Source of the DNA: an archaeon
GTDB taxonomy: Archaea; Thermoproteota; Nitrososphaeria; Nitrososphaerales; JACAEJ01
DNA length: 63,754 nucleotides
Assembly: GCA_024256285.1 (NCBI GenBank)
Contig: JACGUG010000003.1
Coordinates: 1 to 63,754 of the forward strand
Direction of reading: 5' to 3'
Shown: positions 47,810 to 56,888 of the stretch, one piece after another
Position numbering within the stretch: position 1 is the first letter of the stretch
Layout: each line of letters opens with the position of its first letter
The notes under the pieces: generated by a model
Seen by the model: the letters and a program-made list of their open reading frames with translations, nothing else
What the model was told of the DNA's origin: nothing
Database searches by the model: none
Position numbers and translations under genes: made by a program

Positions 47810-48783
47810 TCGATGTAATAGCCTTTGGAGATATAGTCTTAGACCTGATCGTACCGATAGAGGGTCTTCCGATAAAGGATGAAGATGTTCAGATAGCGAA
47901 GTACATCAGAAGAGAGGCTGGTGGCGTATGTAACTTCCTCATAACTGCCTCAAGGCTGGGTCTCAAAGTTGGCATCGTAGGCTGTGTTGGAGACGACGAA
48001 GATGGTAGATTCGTTAGAGAGTTATTGAGGAGGGAGGGGGTGGACGTGACGGGCATAGATGAAATAGAGGGGGAAGGGACAGCAAAGGTTCTTGTCTTAG
48101 TGGATAGAGAGGGAAGGCATGCCTTCATAGGTGTGCATGGGATCGGTGTGGAGGTCTGCCAAGATCGTATCGATGTCGAAAGGATAGAGTCTTCTAGAGC
48201 CATCTACACATCGGGGCACACCCTGATCCGATCGCCGAGCCTTGATATTACCCTTGAAGTGATGAGGAAGGCTAAAGGCTCGGGCATCCCGGTCTTCTTC
48301 GATCCAGGTCCTTTGGTGAATGAAGTTCAGCCTAAAGTCTTAGATTCTGCCTTAGAAAGTACAGAGGTTCTCATGCCAAATATAATTGAAGCAGAGGCCT
48401 TGACAGGGACCCACGACTTAAAGATGGCCTCAGAGACCCTTTTAAAGAAGGGACCAGAGACGGTCGTGATAAAATTGGGTCAAGGGGGTTGCTTCATAGC
48501 TCGAGAAGGTTCATCGATTCATGTACCGAGCTTCAAAGTGCCTGTAATAGATACCACAGGGGCTGGAGATTCTTTCAATGCAGCCTACGTCTATGGATAC
48601 TTAAGGCAACTTCCTATAAATTATATCGGGATATTAGCCAACGCTGTTGGAGGGATGATGGTTACCAAGTTGGGGGGAGGCACTCAAGCCCCATCAAAGA
48701 AAGAACTGGTAGACTTTCTAAAGGGGAAAGCCAATACCGATATCGAAGAATTGCTCTCATATTTAGAGGTGAGAGAGATTTAA
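47806..48783 (+). CDS. PfkB/ribokinase-family sugar kinase
   Basis: AGG..CN, VGDDEDG, FFDPGP, PNIIE, DTTGAGDSF. Confidence 0.93.
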   Translation: MIDVIAFGDIVLDLIVPIEGLPIKDEDVQIAKYIRREAGGVCNFLITASRLGLKVGIVGCVGDDEDGRFVRELLRREGVDVTGIDEIEGEGTAKVLVLVDREGRHAFIGVHGIGVEVCQDRIDVERIESSRAIYTSGHTLIRSPSLDITLEVMRKAKGSGIPVFFDPGPLVNEVQPKVLDSALESTEVLMPNIIEAEALTGTHDLKMASETLLKKGPETVVIKLGQGGCFIAREGSSIHVPSFKVPVIDTTGAGDSFNAAYVYGYLRQLPINYIGILANAVGGMMVTKLGGGTQAPSKKELVDFLKGKANTDIEELLSYLEVREI

Positions 48784-48794
48784 TTTAATTTAAT

Positions 48795-50171
48795 TTAGGT
48801 GACTATCTTTTCGAGTTTTCTTAACCTCAGAGCCCTTTTTATCTCCAAAGCGATCCTATCCCCCATGCTCATCCTCCTGTTGTACTTCGCATTTGCGTAC
48901 TGAGAGCCTACTCCCATGTGCACATTCGTGCCCCCACCATGCCTTGTTGCAACATCTTGAGTTACAGGGATATGAGCATAGACATCTTCACCACTGGGAA
49001 CATCGTAAAGTCCATACTCTACAGCCTTGCCCGGAACCTTGCCCCAAGTTATCAAAGTCTGAAGGCACCAGGCTCCGATTATCCCTGGGGGTTCGTATCT
49101 TTTGGTTGCCAAGAGGAAGGCATTGGCACACCTATGAATATCCTTCAGTAAAGACTCTCTCAGGCTCATGGCAAGATGGCATGTAACCTCAAAGGACGGG
49201 ACCTGCTTGATCTTCTGTTGCACATCTATCGGTAGCCTCTTCAACCCGTCGAAGATCGTCTCCCTCCTCTCATCTATGGAGAGAAACTCGTTGGCCAGGC
49301 AGACTCTTGCTTCACCCAGATTCATATCATGAAGTTCAGCGTAGAGATCGTCCACATCCCCCCATTCCTCCTCTGCATTCAGGGGTGAAAGGAAGAAGTT
49401 GAAGTTGGCATGAGGGCCCAAGACTATCTGCTCTATCCTAGCCCTCCTTAAGCCATCTTCATTCAAGTTGCCATGCTCCACCTCTACTACAACTTTATCT
49501 TCAAGGTCGTTCGAGTCGGTAGCGAAGATGAACTCCCTCTCAAGCTCCCTCTTTGCATGTTCAGATTTTAAGAGTAGAGGCTCATCTACATACTCCTTGA
49601 GCCTTATTCCCTTCGGATAGACTTCAAACTCGTAGGATTTCGGGTGGGGTATGCCCGCTTTATCACAGAACCAGTAGTAGTCCCTCTCTACTTCTCCCCT
49701 GTTCTCTATCTTCAAAAGTCTTCTTGAGCCTAAGATCGGTATCGAGAACTCCTTCTCTATTCTGCTACAGTGATCGTCGCCGCCCAGATAGACAGAGAAG
49801 GCTCTATTCGGTATCTGGAGACATTCTAGATCCCTCAACTCATCCATGTACTTGAATATCTCTGGGTATTCGTCCAAGATTATCAGGGCTGTCTCCCAAC
49901 CACCCTTCTTTTTCAAGTCCTTTGGATCGAAGACGCAGACCATATCCTCTCTGGTTTGTTTGGGCAGGTCTTCTATCTCCTCCTCAACCTTGCCCACTAT
50001 AGGATTCTGTAGATAGATTATCGCCCTTTTTTTCGTCGTGTAGATTATCCTCTTCAGCCCATAGTCCCTAGCGCCCGATGCAGCATCGAGGGCAGAGTGA
50101 GAACCCAGTATAAGGGCTATAGGCTCCTTGTACTCTTTGACTACTTCTTGCATCTCTTCTCTTTCGATCAT
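48795..50171 (-). CDS. purP: PurP-like formate-dependent ATP-grasp ligase (DUF1246/DUF1297)
   Basis: GSHSALD, PNRAF, GSRRLLKIE, ESLL, GIIGAWCLQ, RHGGGTN, SMGDRIALEI. Confidence 0.8.
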   Translation of the reverse strand: MIEREEMQEVVKEYKEPIALILGSHSALDAASGARDYGLKRIIYTTKKRAIIYLQNPIVGKVEEEIEDLPKQTREDMVCVFDPKDLKKKGGWETALIILDEYPEIFKYMDELRDLECLQIPNRAFSVYLGGDDHCSRIEKEFSIPILGSRRLLKIENRGEVERDYYWFCDKAGIPHPKSYEFEVYPKGIRLKEYVDEPLLLKSEHAKRELEREFIFATDSNDLEDKVVVEVEHGNLNEDGLRRARIEQIVLGPHANFNFFLSPLNAEEEWGDVDDLYAELHDMNLGEARVCLANEFLSIDERRETIFDGLKRLPIDVQQKIKQVPSFEVTCHLAMSLRESLLKDIHRCANAFLLATKRYEPPGIIGAWCLQTLITWGKVPGKAVEYGLYDVPSGEDVYAHIPVTQDVATRHGGGTNVHMGVGSQYANAKYNRRMSMGDRIALEIKRALRLRKLEKIVT

Positions 50172-51211
50172 ACACGAACGCCCCTCACTATTATTCCAGG
50201 CTCTCCAACAACCTTGCCTATAGTCTTTGCGCCCATGCCATGCTCTTTAAATATCTTTACGATCTCATCCACCTCGTCTTTTGGTGCACACAGACAGAAC
50301 CCTATCCCCATATTAAAGGTTCGATACATCTCCCTTTTAGCCACAGAGCCTTCCCTTTGGATAAATTGGAATATAGGCAAAGGCTCGGGCATATAATCGA
50401 GCAAGAAACCCGTCTTCGGCTTTAAGAGCAATCTTGCAAGCTTCGAAAAGGCCCCGCCAGTTATGTGGGCCATGCCATGCACTTCACATCTCTTAAGCAC
50501 TTCAAGGACTGGTCTGACGTAGATTCCTGTGGGCATCAATAATTCCTCTCCAAGGCTCTTCCCAAGCTCGGGTATGAACTGATGGACTTCATACTTCGGC
50601 AGTAAAGCTTTCCTTGCAAGAGACAGGCCATTAGAGTGGATCCCCGTGCTTTCGACGCCAACTACGATATCTCCGATCTCCAAGTCCCTCCCAGTGATCA
50701 CCTTATCCTTATCTACAACGCCGATGGCCAAGCCTACGAGGTCGAAGCCCTTCCCATCGATCCCTTTTATCACATCTGGCATTATGGCCGTCTCCCCGCC
50801 AACGATCGATACACAAGCCTCCTCTGCACCCCTTGCAAGACCTTTCATGATCTCCTTCACCATCTTTTTATTGGGCTTCTCAAGAGCCAGATAATCGACA
50901 AGGGCCATAGGCTCAGAGCCCACGCAGATCAGGTCGTTGACGTTCATGGCCACACAGTCTATGCCTACCGTATCGTACTTCTCCATCATCTGGGCTACAA
51001 GCACCTTTGTTCCTACACCGTCAGAATGAACTGTTAGAGCCCTATCACCCATGTCTATGATGCCTGCGTAATGGCCTATCTCGATGAGGGGACTACCGAG
51101 CTTCCCTTGCCTATATCTGAAAGTACCGCTGAGTTGCTTTAAGACCTCTTTTCGAATCTTGCTTACTTCGTCTAAGTCTACGCCAGCTTTGGCGTACGTG
51201 AGCTTTTTCAT
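50168..51211 (-). CDS. purM: Phosphoribosylformylglycinamidine cyclo-ligase
   Basis: YAKAGVD, DGVGTK, GGETA, STGIHSNG, HITGG, TFNMGIG. Confidence 0.96.
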   Translation of the reverse strand: MKKLTYAKAGVDLDEVSKIRKEVLKQLSGTFRYRQGKLGSPLIEIGHYAGIIDMGDRALTVHSDGVGTKVLVAQMMEKYDTVGIDCVAMNVNDLICVGSEPMALVDYLALEKPNKKMVKEIMKGLARGAEEACVSIVGGETAIMPDVIKGIDGKGFDLVGLAIGVVDKDKVITGRDLEIGDIVVGVESTGIHSNGLSLARKALLPKYEVHQFIPELGKSLGEELLMPTGIYVRPVLEVLKRCEVHGMAHITGGAFSKLARLLLKPKTGFLLDYMPEPLPIFQFIQREGSVAKREMYRTFNMGIGFCLCAPKDEVDEIVKIFKEHGMGAKTIGKVVGEPGIIVRGVRV

Positions 51212-51220
51212 GATCCACCT

Positions 51221-52057
51221 CTAACGGAAGTTCAGACCTGTTATCCTTTCAAAGGCCGAGACATACCTTCTCGTCGTCTCTTCTATGAGCTCATCGGGTA
51301 GAGTTGGAGGTTCAGGCAATGGACGCCCCTTTTTGATGGCTTCGTCCAACTCTCTCTTGAATCCCACGCTTATCAACCAGTCTCTCACGAGCTGTTTATC
51401 GTAACTTTCTTGAGGCTTCCCTAAAGCATACTTTTCCTTGGGCCAGAGCCTGAACTCATCAGGACCTATAGAATCTGCCAAGATTATCTCATCTCCATCC
51501 TTCCCAAACTCGAACTTCACATCGGCCATTATGAACCCTGCCTCTTCACATCTCTTGGCCATCTTTTTGTAGAGCTCTACGCTCTTCTTCTCTATGAATG
51601 AAAGCTCCTCTTCCTTCAGCAAGCCCTTCGATAGAATCTCGCTCTTGGAGATGGGCAGGTCCTTCTCCATAGATTTCGTTGTAGGATCGAAGATAGGTTC
51701 TGAAATCTTTGCAGCCAGCTCTGACTTTATATCTAAGGGCCCTTTCCCCCTCAAGAGCCTTTCATAAAAACTTCCATAAACGTATCCCCTCACAACGCAC
51801 TCTATAGGGATCATCTTGAGCTTCTTCACGACCATCTTGTTCTTCTCCCTGACCTCGATCATGTGGTTGGGCATGCTCAACCTGTTGAACCAGAATTCTG
51901 AGAACCTGCAAAGTATCTCGCCTTTATGGGGTATGAGGGAAGGGAGGATGACATCGAAGGCCGATACCCTATCACTGAAGACGAAGAGCAAACTATCACC
52001 GATTTCGTATATGTCCTTGACCTTGCCCCTCCTCAAAAGCCTGCCTTTAATGCTCAA
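51221..52057 (-). CDS. purC: SAICAR synthetase
   Basis: GKVKDIY, SDRVSAFD, ECVVRGY, DVKFEFG, DEFRLW, DKQLVRDW. Confidence 0.96.
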   Translation of the reverse strand: MSIKGRLLRRGKVKDIYEIGDSLLFVFSDRVSAFDVILPSLIPHKGEILCRFSEFWFNRLSMPNHMIEVREKNKMVVKKLKMIPIECVVRGYVYGSFYERLLRGKGPLDIKSELAAKISEPIFDPTTKSMEKDLPISKSEILSKGLLKEEELSFIEKKSVELYKKMAKRCEEAGFIMADVKFEFGKDGDEIILADSIGPDEFRLWPKEKYALGKPQESYDKQLVRDWLISVGFKRELDEAIKKGRPLPEPPTLPDELIEETTRRYVSAFERITGLNFR

Positions 52058-52484
52058 GTTTATCAGCCCTATACTTGGAGAGTTTCTCCTTTAATTCATG
52101 GCGTTTTATGCTCAGTATCTCTATAGAGAGGAGGGCAGCGTTCTTACCGTTGTCTATCCCAACACATGCGACTGGAACATTTGAAGTCATCTGGACCATG
52201 GACAATAAGGCATCGAGGCCTCCAAGCTTTACTGAGACTGGGACCCCTATAACGGGTTTTGTAGTCAAAGATGCAATGAACCCTGGTAGGTGAGCAGAGA
52301 GCCCAGCAACTGCTATGAAAACATCGGCGTCTGAATTCATTATGTAAACTTCCAGCTCTTTACGATCCCTATGGGCTGAGAGAATCTTCTTCTCATACTC
52401 TATCTGGAAATCTTCAAGCACCCCACATACCTCTTCTAAGATCCTCTGATCTGACCTGCTACCAGCTATGACAGCAACCTCCAT
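52047..52484 (-). CDS. purE: AIR carboxylase / N5-CAIR mutase
   Basis: GSRSD, SAHR, AGLSAHLPG, PVIGVP, GIDNGKNAA. Confidence 0.95.
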   Translation of the reverse strand: MEVAVIAGSRSDQRILEEVCGVLEDFQIEYEKKILSAHRDRKELEVYIMNSDADVFIAVAGLSAHLPGFIASLTTKPVIGVPVSVKLGGLDALLSMVQMTSNVPVACVGIDNGKNAALLSIEILSIKRHELKEKLSKYRADKLEH

Positions 52485-52489
52485 CTATC

Positions 52490-54016
52490 TCACTCCCCCC
52501 TTTTAGAGAGCTCATCCCTGAGCAGAGCTACAGGGTCCATCTTCCCGACTTTTGGGAGCCAGTCGACCCTCTTCCCAAGCATGTCCTTATCCCTCCTATA
52601 TTGGTAGAGCATCCTCACACGGTCTGCAACATCCATTCTTTTGCTCAGTAGCTCAGGGGAGCCTATATCGCTCCTGTAAAATAAACCCCAACTGTCCAAG
52701 AGTTTTACATGAGGTATACATCTATCAACCATCTTGCTCGCTTTCTCTATCTCATCGGATATGGCAAGTATTTCTACAAGCCTTGATCCTGCCGATTTAA
52801 TCTCCCCACCTTCCCTTATATCTGCACTCCCCCAATAAAACTTGCAACCCTCCCTCTTTATGGCTTGCCTATCCACGAAGACAGGGTGGTCCTTGGCCAT
52901 CTCTCTATTATCGGGATAGCCCTTTGGCGCTATCGCCTTTACGACAGTGGCTTTCTCATCGAACTCTATATTCAACTTTGATAAGTTTCCATCCAAGATT
53001 GCCAAGCATATATCGACGAAGTCTGTCTTTAGTGTATTCAAGACGTTCAAGGCTTCAGGGTCCCCAAGCCTAGAGTACATCTCGATTATCGTAGGTCCCT
53101 CTATCTCCGTCAACATCATCTGGCCTGCAACCATCCCATGATAGCTCTTACCAACCTTGTCCTGTATGGCTCGGACCAAGAAGTCTACGATCTTCAAAGA
53201 CTCTTCATACTCTTCCTTTGTTATGAAGGGTAGAGTGAATCCTGGACCAGATATAGAGCCCATACCACCTGTCTCTGTCCCTATATCGAACTCATGGGCG
53301 TGCTTGTTGTCTTGAACTAAAGGCATGCCCTTTATGCAGCGTCCATCTGTGAAGCACTGTAGAGTGTATTCAGGACCCCAAACCTTCTCCTCTACCAGTA
53401 TCTTATCGTCTATATCTGAGTAGCTCTTCATGTACCCCTCTAGCCAGTCGGCATGCTTAGACTTGAACCTCTGCTTCTCATCGTGTAGGTATAATTGTTG
53501 ATCCTCTACAACCTTGACTCCTTTCCCACCTGCCTGCCTTGCTGGCTTTAAGGCTACATTCTGCAACCAAGTAAGGGTATCAGAGTATCTCTCCAAGACA
53601 GAATAGGCCTCTTGAGCAGATCTGAACGTCTTGAAGAGAAGCTTTCCCCTTATCCCATACTCCCACTGCAACCTCCTCATCTCAGCCTTCGACATCTCTA
53701 TCATGGCTACATCCCTGCTTGCACCGACGCAGGGTATCCCTCTTCTCTCAAGCTCGTCTGGAACTGCATGGAAGTTCGGCTCTTCAGGCCCGATTATCAC
53801 AAAGTCTACATGCCATCTCTTTGCATACTCTGAAACCTTCTCTGAGTCTGTAGTCTTAGATAGAGCGAAGTCGCCCCCAGTTCTCTTACATATCTCGAAT
53901 ATTCCAGGGTTTCCTATATCACCCAGCCAGAAGATTCTTGGATGGTGTTCGCTCCTCTCTAAGGCCTCTGCGATGGCATGCTCTCTTGATGCGTTGCCTA
54001 AACCCATTATCTTCAT
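52490..54016 (-). CDS. purD: Phosphoribosylamine-glycine ligase
   Basis: REHA, GPEEP, AGGKGV, DNKH, TGGMGS, RLGDPE, KGYP. Confidence 0.95.
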   Translation of the reverse strand: MKIMGLGNASREHAIAEALERSEHHPRIFWLGDIGNPGIFEICKRTGGDFALSKTTDSEKVSEYAKRWHVDFVIIGPEEPNFHAVPDELERRGIPCVGASRDVAMIEMSKAEMRRLQWEYGIRGKLLFKTFRSAQEAYSVLERYSDTLTWLQNVALKPARQAGGKGVKVVEDQQLYLHDEKQRFKSKHADWLEGYMKSYSDIDDKILVEEKVWGPEYTLQCFTDGRCIKGMPLVQDNKHAHEFDIGTETGGMGSISGPGFTLPFITKEEYEESLKIVDFLVRAIQDKVGKSYHGMVAGQMMLTEIEGPTIIEMYSRLGDPEALNVLNTLKTDFVDICLAILDGNLSKLNIEFDEKATVVKAIAPKGYPDNREMAKDHPVFVDRQAIKREGCKFYWGSADIREGGEIKSAGSRLVEILAISDEIEKASKMVDRCIPHVKLLDSWGLFYRSDIGSPELLSKRMDVADRVRMLYQYRRDKDMLGKRVDWLPKVGKMDPVALLRDELSKRGE

Positions 54017-54148
54017 GAGTTTCCTACCAAAGATTCATCTTATTAGTTATTTGGATTTCCCCATAAATGTCCTTTTAAATCCTTCTAAAATACCTAACTT
54101 TACACCTAAAATAATATTCTATGGTACCCTTCTTCAACATTACCAAGT

Positions 54149-55459
54149 TCAATTATTATGGAGACTGGGATATTTTCCTGTAAAGCAACCCAAGCAGAGG
54201 GAGGATCTAGGCAAGCCTATAGATTTACATAGTCCATCGATGGAAAGGTAGGCGAAACTGTCAGCGCCTATGATCTCAGCGATCTCATCGTTCGATAAAG
54301 CTCTGCCTATCAATTCATCCTCTGGAGGGACTTCTGTTCCGAAGGGGCACCTTGATATCAAAGGAGGGCTACCTATCCTTACATGAACCTTTTTTGCACC
54401 CTTCCTCTTCAGGTTATAGACAGTGTTTCTCAGAGTGTTCCCCCTTACAACGCTGTCATCTATCAGAATTATTTCTTTGCCATCGACAGAAGTTCTTATA
54501 GGGTTCAACTTCAACTGAACTCCAACTATCCTATCGAATTGGCTCGGCTTTATCGCACTCCTTACATGCCTTCCTGTCCTGGTGAAGCCAAGCCTCACTG
54601 GAATCTCACTGTTCTCCGAATATGACATGGAGAAGGGTATGGCTGTATTGGGAACGCCTATCACAACATCTGCTTTTACAGGGTTCTCTTCTGCCAGCCT
54701 TCTACCTATCATCTCTCTGACCTTGCTTACAGAGATGGAGTTAAGGTATGAGTCGAGCCTTGCCAGATAAACATACTCAAAACTGCAGTAAGCCGTCTCA
54801 TGGTTGATACGTCCTCTCTCTATGCTCAAAGGATCGAAGTTGACCGCTTCTCCTGGTTTTATGTAACCTGAGTGTTCTGCCCCTATTACATCAAGGGCTG
54901 AGCTTTCAGATGCTACTGCACCTATATCGAAACCTATAGCCCCAACCTCCAATGGTTTTATTCCGTGAACATCCCTCCCGCAGATCATCCTCTCATCTTT
55001 TGTTAGGGCTATGAAAGAGTAGCCACCCTTCACCTCTCCTATAAGCTTCTTGGCTGCCTCAAGAGGGTCTTTCAGCTCATACATCTTCTTAGAGAGCATC
55101 TCAGCGAAAATCTGGAAGGATCTCTGCCTGTTCTCATGTAATTCTGGTTTCCCGTCTCCTACCAATGCAAGTTGTATAGGCTCCTCCACCCTTATGGCAT
55201 AGTCTCCCTTCTCAGCAGATACCTGCCCTATCCCCAGAAAACCCTTCACATCTTCTTGCTTCATCTTCCCAAATACTTCATCTACCAGACCATCCCCAGA
55301 AGCCCATTTTAGCGAATGAGTATCATAAGAGTAGATAGCTAGGCTTGTGGACTCTTGGCCCCTTCCCTGAAGGGCACTCAACCCATAGTAGATGAACTTG
55401 GACGAATCCCAGTTCATCCTCTCTTCACCAAAGGCGTAAAAGCCGAATATCCCAGCCAA
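54149..55459 (-). CDS. purF: Amidophosphoribosyltransferase paralogue lacking the catalytic N-terminal Cys
   Basis: Starts MAGIFG; RGQES, FEYVYLAR, KLNP and DDSVVRG are present; HVRY and HNG are absent. Confidence 0.85.
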   Translation of the reverse strand: MAGIFGFYAFGEERMNWDSSKFIYYGLSALQGRGQESTSLAIYSYDTHSLKWASGDGLVDEVFGKMKQEDVKGFLGIGQVSAEKGDYAIRVEEPIQLALVGDGKPELHENRQRSFQIFAEMLSKKMYELKDPLEAAKKLIGEVKGGYSFIALTKDERMICGRDVHGIKPLEVGAIGFDIGAVASESSALDVIGAEHSGYIKPGEAVNFDPLSIERGRINHETAYCSFEYVYLARLDSYLNSISVSKVREMIGRRLAEENPVKADVVIGVPNTAIPFSMSYSENSEIPVRLGFTRTGRHVRSAIKPSQFDRIVGVQLKLNPIRTSVDGKEIILIDDSVVRGNTLRNTVYNLKRKGAKKVHVRIGSPPLISRCPFGTEVPPEDELIGRALSNDEIAEIIGADSFAYLSIDGLCKSIGLPRSSLCLGCFTGKYPSLHNN

Positions 55460-55460
55460 T

Positions 55461-56888
55461 CTATCCCTTCATCTCCTTTCTAGTTCGAAACTTGGGAGGG
55501 GACTTGAGGCATGAATAGTCTCCTGTTACACATGAAAGGCAGAGCCCATCGATGGGCAACCCTATCCCTCTACTTAGACCTTCTATGTCATTATAGCCTA
55601 CGAAGTCCACTGAAAGGGCAGATGCAACCCTTCTGTTTATGAGGTCCAAGTCCTTCCCATCTTTACATACTTTATAAGCTATCAACTCTTCTTGAGTGGG
55701 AAAGTCTATCCCAGCATAGCAAGGGTATCTTATGGGGGGGAAGGTAGAGACGAAGCTTATCTTCCTTGCTCCCGCCTTCTTCAAGATTTTGACTATTATG
55801 GATGAGCTCGTGCCTCTGACGATGCTGTCATCCACAACTATTACATCCTTTCCTTCCACAGTAGCTTTTATGGCGGTCACCTTTTTGACGATCTCCTCTC
55901 TCCTCTTTTGAACAGGCTCTATGAAGCTCCTTAAGCTACCCCTCTTCCTGTACCTGCCCTTCATCAACCCCTCTTCGAAAGGGATCTTCGATTCGACTGA
56001 GAACCCTTGAGCAGCAGGTCTGGCCGAGTCTGGGACAGGTATGACCACATCGCCATCTAATTTGTACTTTTTGGCTAGTTCAGCCCCGATCCTCTTCCTT
56101 GCCGTATAGATGTTTATGCCTTCCAGATAAGAGCTGGGATAGGAGAAGTATGTATACTCAAAGGGGCAGTGGGCATGCTTCACCCCATTGGAGAACATAT
56201 AGGTCGAAAAACCATTCTTGTCTATCTTGACGAGCTCACCGGGCTTTACGTCCCTTATCAAACTCGCCTCGAGGAAGTCAAGGGCACAGCTCTCCGATGA
56301 TATGAAATAGGTTTCTGTATCTTCTTGATAGCCTATGCAAAGAGGTCTGAAGCCCCTCTCATCCCTTGCTGCCAGAAGCTCCCCCTTCTCAGTCAGGATG
56401 ACCATAGAGTAAGAGCCGTTGATCTCTTCATTTAATATCTTAAAGGCGGCCTGCCAATCCTTATGCTTTTCGAAGATCTGAGTGAGCCTGATGCCAACAA
56501 GCTCTGTATCTGTTACTGAGGCAGAGATGCAGACTTCCTCCGATGCTTTACCTGCCAATTCCTCTGCATTCACTATGGTCCCATTATGGGCTATGGAAAG
56601 TGATCTGCCTATCTCTATTGGGTGGCTATTCTCTAGGGTTGTGCTGCCCTTCGTGGAGTAGCGGACATGGCCTATGCCCACATTCCCTTGCATCCTCTTA
56701 ACATTATAGGCATCTTCAGGGTCGCTCATGACAAGACCAAGTTTCTTGTAAACTCCATGCCCAATTACAGCGATTCCCCAAGACTCCTGACCCCTATGCT
56801 GAAGGCTCTCAAGCCCCCTAACCAAGAACTGTGGGACGTTATGACCACTAAAGGAGTAAGCCCCAATTACGCCACATTTCTCCCTCAT
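55461..56888 (-). CDS. purF: Amidophosphoribosyltransferase
   Basis: MREKCG propeptide plus Cys, QHRGQES, GHVRYST, HNG, VPDS, DDSIVRGT, GIDF. Confidence 0.95.
   Translation of the reverse strand: MREKCGVIGAYSFSGHNVPQFLVRGLESLQHRGQESWGIAVIGHGVYKKLGLVMSDPEDAYNVKRMQGNVGIGHVRYSTKGSTTLENSHPIEIGRSLSIAHNGTIVNAEELAGKASEEVCISASVTDTELVGIRLTQIFEKHKDWQAAFKILNEEINGSYSMVILTEKGELLAARDERGFRPLCIGYQEDTETYFISSESCALDFLEASLIRDVKPGELVKIDKNGFSTYMFSNGVKHAHCPFEYTYFSYPSSYLEGINIYTARKRIGAELAKKYKLDGDVVIPVPDSARPAAQGFSVESKIPFEEGLMKGRYRKRGSLRSFIEPVQKRREEIVKKVTAIKATVEGKDVIVVDDSIVRGTSSSIIVKILKKAGARKISFVSTFPPIRYPCYAGIDFPTQEELIAYKVCKDGKDLDLINRRVASALSVDFVGYNDIEGLSRGIGLPIDGLCLSCVTGDYSCLKSPPKFRTRKEMKG

Noticed and set aside
53631-54251. 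206-aa plus-strand ORF and the many other 60-150 aa antisense or alternate-frame ORFs in the track
   Set aside because: They lie opposite or within clearly identified genes (purD, rrp42, pckG, pstB, purL and others) and show no motifs
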